The notes beneath the pieces were generated by a model that worked only from the letters and a program-made list of their open reading frames with translations, was not told the origin of the DNA and did no database searches. A stretch of DNA of 64,000 bases from Chiloscyllium plagiosum (taxonomy: Eukaryota), in contig NC_057719.1 in the NCBI RefSeq assembly GCF_004010195.1, positions 68,227,873-68,291,872 on the forward strand. Reading direction: 5' to 3'. Position numbers and translations under genes: made by a program. Position 1 is the stretch's first letter. Each line of letters starts with the position of its first letter. Positions 36,176 through 48,930 of this stretch are shown piece after piece.

Positions 36176-36772
36176 GGGTGGAATTTAATGTGGACGGTGG
36201 GGGCTCCAGCCTCTGCAGCTAAAACTAGTGGCACTCCTCCCACCCGGCCAGCCCGCCGACCTGATCAGCAGCTGCTGCAAGGGAACAAAGTTTATTGGCA
36301 CCATGACCACTGCCACAGGAATTTCCAGTTCTCTCAGGGACATTAAACCCGAGAGCGCTGCCAGGTGATTGGACGCCGGCAGCCCTTCCGTCCTGGTAAC
36401 ACCATCAGGAGTTGTGGTCACTGTCGATATTGCGCTGGGGCTGACAAATGAGGATTGCTGATGGACTGTCCGCAGTCAGGCGAGTGGGACAGCATGGTGG
36501 TCCCAGGGCAGAGGTGACCATTTGAGGGGAGGGGGCTTCCTGTGGGGTGCAGAACGCTTGAGCAGGAGAGACACCCCCATTCCCCAGAAACCCTCACCCA
36601 CCACCAGTAAAATGCTAATAGCGACAAGTTGAGACCTTGTAACGTCCATTTTCCTGTGGGCAGGAATGCCATATTAAGGTTTCTCATTCCTGACTTAGCT
36701 GGAGAGGCACTGGATGCTCCATCTCACACAGTCCCACCTGATCATTTCTGAGGGATACATTAAATTCCACCT
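36176..36772. mobile_element. Non-autonomous TIR element (MITE, PIF/Harbinger-like)
   Basis: Terminal inverted repeats GGGTGGAATTTAATG (36176-36190) and CATTAAATTCCACCT (36758-36772); GC-rich interior. Confidence 0.75.
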
Positions 36773-38788
36773 GATAAGTTCTAATTAGTGCTCTGTAGTG
36801 TGTTTTTACAAATATCAAGTATATCAAGACAAAAAGAGTCAGCAACATATATAATATTCTTCACAGACAATTAAATTTGTATCTGTGCTATTAATGTAGG
36901 ATTGCATTCTTGACAAAGGAACACTGGTAAAATCCTGCACATAGACTTTATTGCAATTCATTAATTTAAGAAAATATGCAAAACCTCTCAGGCATGAATG
37001 CAGTTATAAGTTTTTTTGATTTGGATCGAAACTGGCTTAATAGACTAACTATTCAAACTATTTGGAGATTTCCTTCTACCCTGCCTGGCTAATGATTTAT
37101 GCTGGACTGTTTTAGTTTCTGTGCCTTTACCTTGCTATTGCAGCAATGAGTTAATGCACAAATTGATATTGCAACAGCTAGTGTCTGCTGGAGCACTTAT
37201 TGCCTGAATACAATGTCTTTGAGTATTTTTAAATTATCGTTTTGTAAATAAATAATCACACTTTGTAGGGATACCCAATACCTAGTTTGATAACCAGGCT
37301 GAGTCTTAGAAGACTAAGGTATTGTGTTCATTTTTTTAAATAAGAAAAACAAGCAATTTAATAGGTTCAGTACACATACAATTTTGGAGTGTAACTACAA
37401 TAAGCTTTTGCACTGTATTGAATTTGGGAAACCTTTGAATAAAATGTGAAAAAATAGAGGGCACAACCTTCACCTCTAAATGGTGTGTTTGTAACAATCC
37501 ACAGACAGACTGGAGCACTGTAGAATTCATTTCTGTGGAAATAAAATTTGTACTGTTAGTCATCACAACAGCACATTTAGAATTGGGTTAATTCAACTTC
37601 TGTCAGTTTGTGCCATGCCCTGTGCTTTAATGTGTTAATGTATGATGAAAAATTGAGTAAAAATACATTATAAACTCAATATTTGTCCTGGGAGATCAGC
37701 CAGGAATATACTTTTTACTGTCCAAGTGTAACATTTAATTGACTGTAGTGAGGGCTAGGTTTACCGATGGACCAGTTAGAGAGAGGAATTACAGCCACTG
37801 AGGGACAACAAATAACATTTACCATTTAAGATTAGTAAAGTGACCCAGGTTTGAGCCATGCAGGAAAGGGAAGGTAAAGTAGGGTTGCATTGAGACTTAT
37901 TGTAGGGATATGGGTTTCAGATGAAATGTACACCAACTAAGTGAAAACTTGAGGAACCAATATGCAGCTGCAGTCAAGAAAAGACAGAAATGCAATAAAT
38001 TTCTCAAGACTTGTAATTAGTTATTATCTTTTAATATATTTGTAAGATTAGTTGGAGGAGGAATTGAAACTGTAGGAACACCTTTTTGTTACTCAGTTGT
38101 ACACGCATCATTGTCTTACAAGAAAATAAGAACTGGCAGGAAAGAAGAACTGCTGTTATAAATTTCAGGATTCATCCCTTTAAACAAATATAATCCAGAC
38201 AGTTTGTTTTACAAAGACAAGGCAGCAATGCTACTGCCACTGGCCAGTCTTTTGTATTAATCCCGAAGAGGATTAATCATTGGGATTGTGAAAAAAATGT
38301 ATGTCTTAGGTCAAAGTGCTTGTTGCCATTTGGGATATGCATTACATTACTGTCATTTTTTGGTTTGTGATGTTAATCAAAACTAACACCACAAACCATC
38401 AGTTACCTAATTTGTATATTATTGTCGATGTTATCATTAATTATGCGTTTGTGAGGAAAAAGAGGATTAATGAGATGTCACAGGTAATTTATACTGATCA
38501 GAGTCTCTGGGACATTAAAGAAACACTAGCCATTTGATACTTTGTGCCCAGTTTTTAACTGTGCCAAGGACCCATCATCCAAACTTTATCAAATATTTCC
38601 TGCCAACGTCGCTCAAAAGCGTACATTTCTGCTAAGTTGCATAGTTCTAGCGTTATACAAAGGAGGCAATGTCCACTGGAAGAATTATCAATAAGGCACA
38701 CGTTACCCAAACTATTCATATTGTTTCAGTATTAAGCTACTTTTGTGTCATGGCATGCCAGTCTCTGGACATGGTTTTATTAAATTTA

Positions 38789-39192
38789 GGGTGGCATGGT
38801 GGCTCAGTGGTTAGCACTGCTGCCTCACAGCGCCAGGGTTCCAGATTCAATTCCAACCTTGGGCAACTGTCTGTGTGGAGTTTGTATGTTCTCCCCGTGT
38901 CTGTGTGGGTTTCCTCCAGGTGCTCCAGTTTCCTCCTACAGTCTAAAGCTGTGCAGGCCAGGTGAATTGGCCATTCAAAGTTTGTGAGAAGATTTGTAGC
39001 TCGGGTGCTCATTGTTGTGGTTCTGTTCGCCAAGCTGGGAATTTTTGTTGCATTGGCCATTGTTAAATTGCCCATAGTGATAGGTGCATTAGTCAGAGGG
39101 AAGTGAGTCTGGGTGGGTTACTCTTCGGAGGGTCGGTGTGGACTGGTTGGGCTGAAGGGCCTGTTTCCACATGGCAGGAAATCTAATCTAAA
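38789..39192 (+). mobile_element. HE1-like V-SINE interrupted by a 76-bp Penelope fragment
   Basis: SINE head, V-domain and tail; insert 38976-39051 is flanked by an ATTGGCCATT duplication. Confidence 0.9.
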
Positions 39193-39516
39193 TATAAATA
39201 TTGTATATCATGTTCGCAGCTTTACAAGATAACTGTTCAGCAGGTGATCATCAATCTAATAATCTAATTAAATCTCTTTGCAGTAATGACCAAATAATCT
39301 GATTACATTAATCAGCAATAAAGTTTGTTTGGTGAAGAAAATCTCTGTCATGTCAAAGGGGGAAGCATGGATAAAAGTTTGTGTAAATGTGTCAAGTCAT
39401 AAAGGCTGGTGGATTAAGATTTGACCCATCAAGATGTAATACAGTATTAAAAAGACAAAGTACTGGAAGAACTCAGCAGGTCTAGCAGCACCTACTGAGA
39501 GAAAAAGAGAGTAAAT

Positions 39517-40730
39517 GGGCAGAATTTTCCCAGTTTTAGTTAATGTGTTTTTTCAAGTGAGAGTCATAGTGTATGGTTTACCATTGGACCTTGCAGTGTC
39601 TTTTCTTGTGCAATATTCTGTTCTTCACCTCATTAATTGTGGAACTGGGCCCTTTGGCACCTTTGCCGTGGAATTGGGTGACAGGAGAGGCAGAAATGCT
39701 TGCCACTGCTAGGACCTTCTGCCATTCTTATCGATAGTCCCATACTTAAAGCTTAAGTGCGCATTACATCAGATACCGCAGGCAAAGAACTGGCCATCAC
39801 CTTATCATTATCACTGACGAAATGGTGCAAAAGGTCAAGTTGGCTCCCTGCTTTGTGGACTGTTACCTGGAGGTGCTGGTGGGTGGGGTGGTGGAAAAGA
39901 GAGCCGTCCTTTTTCCTGCAGACTGCCAAACAAGACCCCAGACAAAGCCAGTTTGAACACTGTTAGCAACTGGGGTCAGTTGTATCTCTCCACTAAATCA
40001 AATGCACAACAACATGGGAAGAAGATCAATGATCTTCTGCACTCTACAAAGTGACACTCTCAGGGCCAGCAGTCACTTTAACTGTGTCACTGCCCATTCC
40101 CCCACCAAGGTATATGGATCACAACTCACAATGATCTCATCCTGTCCACTTAGGAGCTCTCTCCTACCTGACAGACTGCAATAGTTCCAGAAGGTAGCTC
40201 ACCAAAGCCATCTCAAAGACAACTAGCAATGGGCAATTAATGCTAGCCCAACCTGTGATGCTCACACACCATGAATGAATAGAAAACTCTCAAGCGACTA
40301 CCTGCCTTCTGTGTTACCTAATTGGCCATCAACTGGGCCAAAAGGGCCAAGATCTGTGCAGAGAGGTGAGAGTGGGTTGTTGGTGGACATGAAGCTCCTC
40401 ACTCTTTTTGAGGACAAATGCCTGATGTGGCTGAAGAAGACCAGACTCTTATGGAGGTGTGGAGGCCTCAATGGAAAACCTACTGATTAATGAGTGCTGC
40501 AAGTGGTAATTCATTCTTAATCTCTGCAAGCTTTTATTCCTTTTACTATTACTAATTCATTCTCTTGTGCATGAACTGGTGGAACTATGTAAATCTTGGA
40601 CAAGAGGCCAGGACTGGCTACCCTCAGCTCCACCTCTATCTCTAAGAAAGAAGTCACTGAACCCAAGAGGATGCACTAGGTAGACTTTCACCTGCATCTT
40701 CCACAAGCTTAGAGATTCTTTTCTTCAGTG
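39517..40730 (+). mobile_element. PIF/Harbinger remnant with Myb/SANT-like ORF fragment
   Basis: Starts GGGCAGAATTTTCC (TIR-like); 39843-40050 reads APCFVDCYLEVLVGGVVEKRAV..KKINDLL. The right boundary is uncertain, and a LINE 3' tail sits at ~40170-40285. Confidence 0.6.
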
Positions 40731-41154
40731 ATTTCTAGGAACATAGGAACAGGAGTTAACCATTCAGCCTGCTGAGTCTGGCCTGCCTTTCCATATTATT
40801 GTGGCTGATCAAACACTTTCATGTCTTGTACCCACCGGCTCACCAGAACCCTGTAGAACACTGGTAATCAGAAGTCTATCCATTTCTACCTTATATGTAC
40901 TCTTGGACAGACATCCCATAGCCCCCTATGGTAAAGAATTCCAAAAATTCACAACTCTGAGTGAAAAAAGTTCTCCTTATCGTGGATTTAAAAGACAACC
41001 TCCTTATTTTCAATTTATGCCGCTAGTTCTCGAATGCCCAAATAGAAAAAAGTGTCTTACTTGCAGCTACCCTGCCTATCCTTTTAAATATTTTATGGAG
41101 TTCAATGAGATCACTTCTCATTCTTTGAAACTCTCGAGAATACAGGCTCAGTTC

Positions 41155-41510
41155 TTTTTTTAATTCATTCATAGGATGAGGGTGCCACTGGCTAGGCCAG
41201 TATTTATTGCCCATCCTTAATTGCCCAGAGGACAGTTAAACGTCAACCATATTGCCATGAATCTGGAGTCACATGTAGGCCAGACAGGTAAGGATAGCAG
41301 TTTCCTTACCTAATGGACATTAATGAACCAGATGGGTTTTTCCTCCAACAATTGACAATAGGTTTATGGTCATAATTAGACTCTTAATATTTTTATCACA
41401 TTCAAATTCTATCATCTGCCATGATGTGCTTTGAACCTGGATTCCCAGAGCATTACCTGGGATTCTAGATTAACAGTCCAGTGATAATGCCACAAAGCCA
41501 TCACCTCCCC
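41155..41510 (-). mobile_element. Family-B SINE (full length)
   Basis: Reverse complement of 42865-43206; splits the CR1. Confidence 0.9.
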
Positions 41511-42864
41511 TATTTTCCCAATCTCTCTTGACAGGACAGTCCTCCTCTCGTAGGTGTAAGTCTAGTGAATCTTTGTTGACACACTCTGGAAATATCATCT
41601 TCCTGAGGCAAGGAGAACGAAACTGCACATAGTAATCCAGGTGCAATCTAACCAAGCTCCTATACAACTGAAGCAAGGCTTCACCACTCCAATACTTAAA
41701 TCCTCTTGTAATAAAGGCGAACATTCCATTAGCCTTCTGAATTGTTTGCTGCACCTACATGTTAGGCTTCAGTGACTTAGTGATAAAGACATCTCGGTCC
41801 TTTTGTACATCCGCACTTTCCAACCTTTTACTGTCTGTGAGATACTCAGTATGTCTGTTTCTCCTGTCAAAGTGGATCGTCTTATATTTTCCACATTATA
41901 TTCCATTTTCTGTGTTCTTGCTTATTCACTAAATTTGTCCAAATCCTCCTGAAACAACTATACATATTCCTCACAACATACATTCCCACTTAGAGTCATA
42001 GAGATGTACAGCAAGGAAACAGACTTAACTTTGTATCATTCACAAGTTAGGAAATATTATATTTACTTTGAAATCAATAATATATTTTGTGAACTGTTGG
42101 GGTCCCAGTACTGATCCTTGTTGATACGCAACAATCACAGCCTGCTAACGCAAGAATACTGATTTATTCCTGCGCTCCGTTTTCTGTCTGTTAGCCAATT
42201 GATCTGTGTCAATTATCTCCTATCCCACATACTTTAATTTCCTTTATTAAGTTTGTGAGTGACATCTTCAAAAAATTCTGATAAGATCATCAGACATGAT
42301 TTCCCATTCACAAATCCACACAGAATACATCCAATGATATCATTATCACCAAAGTGTTTATTTATTATACCCTTTAAAATAGATTCAAACATTTTTCCAA
42401 GGACCGATGTGAGGCTAATAAATCTGTAGATTGGTTTTCTCATTTGCTTTCTTCTTAAATAGTGGGGTGACATTTGCTACCTTCCAATCTGCAGAAATCG
42501 TTCCAGAATGTCGAAGGATAATCATCAATGCAACAACTGTCTGTACAGCCATCTATTCAACACTCTGGAATGTAGACTAACTGGCCTGAGAAATTTACCA
42601 ACTTTGACCCCATTAATTTCTCCCGTATGATCTTTGTGGCAATGCTAATTTCCTTCAGTCCCTAATTCTCTCTGGACACTTGGATCGCTGGTTCTGGGAG
42701 ATTGCTTGTATCTTGCTAAAAAAAAGGTAGAAAGTAATCATTTAGCTCACTGCTGCTCTTCTTCTCCTATTATGAATTCTCCTGACTCTGCCCATAGTGG
42801 TCTCACATTTATTTTGGCCACATGTTTCCTTATTATATTATTATAGAAGCTTTTAGAGTTCATG

Positions 42865-43206
42865 GGAGGTGGTAGTTTAGTGTATTATTGCTGGACTATT
42901 AATCCGGAGACCCAGATAATGTTCTGGAGACCTGGGTTCAAATCCTGCCATGGCAGAAGGTGGAATTTGAATTTTAAAAAAATTTGAAATTAAGAATCTA
43001 TGACCATGAATCCATTTTCAGAAAAACCCTATCTGATTCACTAATATCCTTTAGGGAAGGAAACTACCATCCTTACCTGATCTGACCTACATGTGACTCC
43101 AGACCTACAGCAATATGGTTGACTTGTAACTGCTCCCTGGACAATAAGGGATCGGCAATAAATGCTGGCCTGGCCAGTGATACCCTCATCCTGTGAATGA
43201 ATTAAA
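42865..43206 (+). mobile_element. Family-B SINE (full length)
   Basis: Box B GGTTCAAATCC at 42935-42945; tail gcaataaatgctggcctggccag..tgaatgaattaaa. Confidence 0.9.
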
Positions 43207-44394
43207 GAATTATGTTTTTGCAAGACTGCATTCATATCATTTTCTTTGATCAACTTTGCTGTATTCTAAAATCTGTTGATCCTCACAATTGTTGTTTCTT
43301 CTGGCAAATTTAGAGGCCTTTTTTTTTAATCTTATATCACTATAAACTTCCTGTGTCAGTCACGGTTTGCTGATCTATTTTTGACTTTCTGTACCTTAAA
43401 GGAAGTGCAGTTGCTCCAAGCTATGCAAAATATCTTTAAAGACTGCCCATTGCCTCAATATATTCATGCCTTTTATTTTTCTAATTCACCTCAGCCAATT
43501 TGTGTCTCTTGTCTTCATAATTTTCCTTATTCAAATATAACAGCTTTGCTTCAGAATGAACTACTTCCGTTTTGTACACAATATAAAATTCTGTCATACT
43601 GTGATCACTAATCCCCAAGGTTCTTTTGCATGTAAGCTACTTTTGATTTATACCATGCCCCACACCACCATCACTATAAATAACTTCAACTGATGTCTGC
43701 TACCCTTTGCTATTTCTTAGCTCCAGTCAAACATATTGTTCTTGCGATCTGAGAACCTCCTTTACTAATGTAATCATGCCGTCTTGTATTATCAGTGCAA
43801 CTCCACCTCCCTTTCCTTCTTGTCTGACCTTCCTAAATGTCCACATATCCTTGAATATTCAGTTCCCAGACCTGGTCACCACACAGCTATGTTTCTCTAA
43901 TAGTAATTAGTTTAAGTCCATGCATCTCTATTTGTGCCTTTAGATCATCTACCTTGTTGCGAACTCTGTGTATATTCAGGTACAATGTCCTGTACTTTGT
44001 CTTTTGACATTATTCTGCTTCTGAACCATACTTGATGCTAGCTTTTGTTTATTAGTCTCCCTGGCATCTTTTCAACTTCCTGAGGCAACTTTATTGTCTT
44101 TCAGTCATTTTGGATTCCAAATGTTAATTTCAATTCTTTCTCCACAGATGCTGCCAGACCCATTGAGCTTTTCCAGCACTTTCTGTGTTTATTTCAGATT
44201 TCCAGTGTCTATAATACTTTATTTATATTAGCTGAGAATTGAAAGTGGTGCGCAAGTAAGGTTAGTTAGGCTATAAGCAGATGCAAATACATCAAAATAG
44301 GGTAGTCACTGCGCAAAAATTAGATTCTGAAAGAGCCATTTAAACATAAGGAAAGAAATCACAAAATTTCTTCTTCACCTATTTTCTTTTTGTA

Positions 44395-44720
44395 AAAGGG
44401 ATGGAGGAGTCATTGGCTGGGCCAAACATTATTGTCCATCCCTAATTACTCTTGAATTGAGTGGCTTGGTAGCCTATTTCAAAAGGCGATAAGAGTCAAC
44501 CAGATAGCAGCCAGATCTGGAAAGGAATTCAGATTTCCTTCCACATTTGTGATCCAGATTGGTACTGGCAACAATCGACCACGGTCACATGGTCACCATT
44601 AGATGAGCTTTTTTAATTCCAGATTTTCGTTGAATTGACTTCAAATTGTTGAACCTTGGAACATTAGTCTGGGACTCTGGATTACTAGTCCAGTGATACT
44701 AGTGGGATGCCAGGGCATCG
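44395..44720 (-). mobile_element. Family-B SINE (older)
   Basis: cattggctgggcca..cattattgtccatccctaatt, aagagtcaacca and ctctggattactagtccagtga. Confidence 0.75.
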
Positions 44721-44909
44721 CTTGCCTTCTGTAACTGATATGACATTGATTTTTCTCACTCCAATTTACACTTCTGTCTTAGTCTTTCCCTTTTCAAATT
44801 CACAATACTCCAATATCACTAATTAAAGTGGCACGCAGTTGCTTTCCCTGGTTGTTTCACTGTGACATTGTCAACTTGCACTTATAGCAATCTGGAACGT
44901 ATTTAGAAG

Positions 44910-45080
44910 TTTAGAATCTCTACAATATGGAAACAGGCCATTTGGCCCAACAAGCTCTCCGAAGAGCATCCCATCCAGACTCACACCCCGATCCTATCCC
45001 CGTAACTTTGTATTTCCCATTTCTAATCCACCTAACTTAGTGGATACTATCGGCAATTTAGAATGGCCAATCCACCTAAC
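44910..45080 (-). mobile_element. HE1-like SINE 3' part
   Basis: tggaaacaggcc.tt.ggcccaacaag ... ggcaatttag.atggccaatccacctaac. Confidence 0.8.
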
Positions 45081-45594
45081 GTGAAATTAACGCATTTAAA
45101 AATCAAAATGTGCAAGGATAATTCAAATAAATGACAAATACCATTACTACTCTGCCATGGAGTATAATGCTTCATTTTATATTTATTCATACAATAAACA
45201 TATACATATACACACACACAATAATCTGCATTCACTATACTACTGTAGGCAATGGTGTGAAAAAGTTCTAATATAGTTTGAAAACAGCTGAACCTGCAGA
45301 ACCTAAATTAAGATTAATACGTGTATTCACTAATAATGTGCAGTAAAACTTGGCATTGCATTTGAAACAAGCTTAGCTTTCCAACACATAGCAAATTATT
45401 CATAAAGTCAAAATTATAACTAGAAAATACATACAGGTGTCAGATTCAAATTTGGCAGCTCGGTTTCCAAATACATTTTTGATTATCAAGTTACTAATTT
45501 AGTCAATTGAAACAGGTTTAGTCCAAGGAGTCAATTTCATTTTTAACTCTTATTAACTATTCTCAATGTTATGAAGTAAGAAATGGGAATGTTC

Positions 45595-48270
45595 CCATGC
45601 TGAATTCCCGAATATCAAAATATATATTGGAGGTTATCACTGATCAGAAACTGAACAGGACCAGCCATGTACATACTGTGGCTACAAGAATAATTCAAAG
45701 GTTGGAAACTCTGTAGTGAGTAACCCACTTCCTGACTTCTAAATCTTATCATCAAGGCACAAGTCAGATGTGTGATGGAATAAGAACATAAGAATAGCCT
45801 AGCAGAAGCAGGCCATTCAGCCCATTGAGTTTAATTTGCCATTCAATTACATCATTGCTGATCTGAAAATTCTGATCTCCACTTTCCTGCCTTTCCCCAT
45901 AACCATTGATTCTTTTTCTGATTAAAATCTACCTCAGTCTTAAATATACTTAACAAACCAATCTCTACAGCTTTCTGCAATAACAATTTACACAGATTCA
46001 CTACTCTCTGAGAAAATAAATTCCTCCTCATTCCTGTTTTAAATGGGTGACCTTTTCCTCTGGTAATATGCCCTTCGGTCCTAGATTCTTCCAAAAGGCA
46101 AAACAACCTCTCACTATCTACCAGGTTAAGCCCCTTAAATGGTTACCATTCATTCTTCTAAACTCCAAAGAGTCAGGCTCAGCCTACATAACCTCTTCAT
46201 ATGAAATTCACTACAAACCTTGAATCAACCTAGTGAGCTTTTGCTGGATTGTCTCCAATGCCTAATATAAGAGGATCAAAGCTATTTACAGTATTCCAGC
46301 AGTAGTGTAACTGGTGCATTTTATTCTATTTCATTTGTTTTCTTGTTACTTGCTGAAATTGTATGCTGGCTTCTTGTGATTCATGCATGTGGAACCCCAG
46401 AACTCTCTGTGCCGCATCTTTCTGAAGTTTTTCTTCATTTAAACAATATTCAGCTCTGTTCTTCCTCCAAAAGTGCCTATTTTCCTGCATAATATTCCAT
46501 TTTCCAAATTTCAATCCACTCACTTAATCTATCTATAGGCCTAAATAGACTTTATTCTTTGTGTCATCCACATCTCATGCCTTCAGTCCCATGTTTGTGC
46601 CATCTGCAAACTTAGCAATAGTACATTCACTTACATCCAAGTCATGAAAATATGCTGTGACTAATTGTGGCACCAGCACTGTGGCACTCAGCTCTGTATC
46701 ACTCAACTAGTTCCAACTTGCCATCCTGAAAATGCACCCCTTATGGAGCCTCCTCTCTTTGATTAGTTAGACAACTTTGCATGCGAGTTAATATAGAGCC
46801 CCAACACCATCTTATCTTATTAAGTAGCCTAATGTGTGATAGCCTATTGAATACCTCTTGATACCACATTACATCTACTGTTGCCCCTTTATTTATCCCC
46901 TTTATTTATGTATCCCCTTGTTACCTTCTCAAAAAAGTCTAATGCACCTTTCAGACACAAATAGCCCCAGTAGCTATGCTGACGCCTCTTCATTATATTA
47001 TGTCTTTCTAAGTGCTCTGTAATTGCATCCTTCACAATAGGTTCTAACATTTTCCTAATGACAGATGTTAGGCTAACTAACTGTAGTTACTAGTTCTTTT
47101 GTCACTTTCCCTTTTTGAATAGCGTGCTACATTGGCAGTTTTTCCAAAGCTGAGACTTTTGTAAAATTTAAGAATTCTTGAAAGATTTTTACCAAAGCAT
47201 TCATTATCTCTTTAGTTATTTCCTTTCATAACTGTATGATTCCATATTTAAAATAATAATAATAATTCCCTACAATACAAGCCATCAGGTGCAGAGGATT
47301 TACCAGCCTTTAGCTCCATTGGTTTCCCTAGTCTGAGAGTCACTATATTTTTAATAGAAAGTGAAAGATAGGTTAGAGACTTCAGCACAACTGAAGATGT
47401 TATTTTTACTTTAAGCATGACAAACACTTGCCAAAGAGCTACTTAACTTAAAGAAAGTAAGCAAACACCTCTTTCTTTTTCTCTGCTGAACTCCCTGAGA
47501 TGCTCAACTCCAGGTCTATTATAAGGTGCACTAAGTTTGCTTCCTATATTTGCTTCCAGCAAAAAAAAACATACATCTGAGTCACACAATGAGGATCTAA
47601 TTTCAACAAGTTCTTTAACAGGCTGCTCTTTCCATGGCATCCTTGAGAAATCCCTGCTTAAGTCTACTAACTACAGATTTTAAACTGTAAATTTCAGTTT
47701 AATGCCAACTATAAACTACACTAAATTAGACTACATTATGTTTGTACAAAATAAAAATTCAGACTTTCTTATCCAACAAATGCACACACTCAGTTCACTC
47801 TCTATTGCCTGAATAATTGTAGTTTTAACAACCAAGAAATCTTGAGACCATAGAGAACAAAGCCACCAACTTGATTGGCACCTCACCATGTACCTCTTAA
47901 ACACTCAGTTGCTCCATCAGGTAGGAGCAGTGTGTAACATCTACAAGATGAACTGCAGCAACTCACCAAGATCTTTTGACTGTACCTTTCAAACCTATGA
48001 CTCCTACCAGCTAGGAGGAAAGGAGCAGCCAATGCACTGGAACGCCACATCCTGTGAGTTCCCTTCCAAGCCATGCACCATCCTGCCGTTGAAAGATGTT
48101 GCTGTTTCTTCGCTGTTACTCGATCAAATTATGGAACTCCCTTCTGATAACATTGTGGGATTTCCAGCATCTGAAGATCAAGCAGGCAACACAACCCCAC
48201 TTCCAAAGGGGCAATTTTGTCTGAACAATAAATACTGGCTTAGCCAGCAGTGCCCAAAACCTGTTATAAA
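45595..48270 (+). mobile_element. Second-family CR1-clade LINE 3' part (45595-45781 and 47830-48270) split by an antisense CR1
   Basis: DQKLN.TSHVHTVATR..KAQVRCVME before the insert; LIGT..VCNIYKMNCSNSPR after it; 3' tail shared with family-B SINEs. Confidence 0.75.
45782..47400 (-). mobile_element. Old CR1 LINE (may extend to ~47820)
   Basis: Tail aagaacataagaata at 45782; ORF 45852..46106 contains FKTGMRRNLFSQRVVNL; reverse-complemented FADG at ~46600. Confidence 0.85.
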
Positions 48271-48277
48271 TAGCTTG

Positions 48278-48930
48278 TAGATAGGGTGGTTAAGAAGATG
48301 TTTAGCACACTTGCCTTCATTGCTCAGACCTTTGAGTTTAGGAGTTGGCACAGTACATTGAGCTTGTACAAGATGTTGCTGAGGCCTTCTCTGGCTCACT
48401 CTGTCAAGTTCTGGTTGCCCTGTTCTAGGAAGGAGACTATTAAGATGCCAAAGGTTCAGAGGAGATTTATCAGAATGTTGCCATAAATGGAGCGTTTGAG
48501 TTACAAGGAGAAGCTGGATAAGCTGGGACTTCTTTCACTGGAGAGTAAGGGATTGAGGGATAACCTTATAGAGATTTATAAAATCATGAGGGGTATAGAA
48601 TGGCAGGTATCTCTTCCCTTAGGAGGAGACTTTCAAGACTAGGAGACATCTTTTTAAGGTGAGAGGAGAAAGATTGAGAAAAAAACATGAGGGGCAATTT
48701 TTTTACATAGAGAATGGTTCGTGTGTGGAATGAGCTTCCAGAGGAAGTGGTACATGCAGGTACAGTTACAATGTTTAGAAGACATTTGGATAAGTACATG
48801 AGTAAGAAATGTTTGGAGGGATATGTGCCAAGTGTAGGCAGGTGGTACTAGGTTGGTTTAGGATTATGGTTGACATGGACTGGTTGGACTGAAGAGTCTG
48901 TTTCTGTGCTGTATGACTATGTGATTCTAT
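48278..48930 (+). mobile_element. CR1 LINE 3' fragment
   Basis: ORF 48286..48486 contains LYKMLLRP..VQRRFIRMLP; tail tctgtttctgtgctgtatgact. Confidence 0.9.

Larger units (their letters stand above)
40738..44000 (-). mobile_element. Long old CR1 LINE (ORF2) with nested family-B SINEs
   Basis: ORFs 41023..41214, 41470..41754 and 42234..42473 give MRSDLIE, LYRSLVRLHLDY and YRFISLTSVLGK..GFVNGKSCL; tail aggaacataggaacagga at 40737-40754. Confidence 0.85.
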
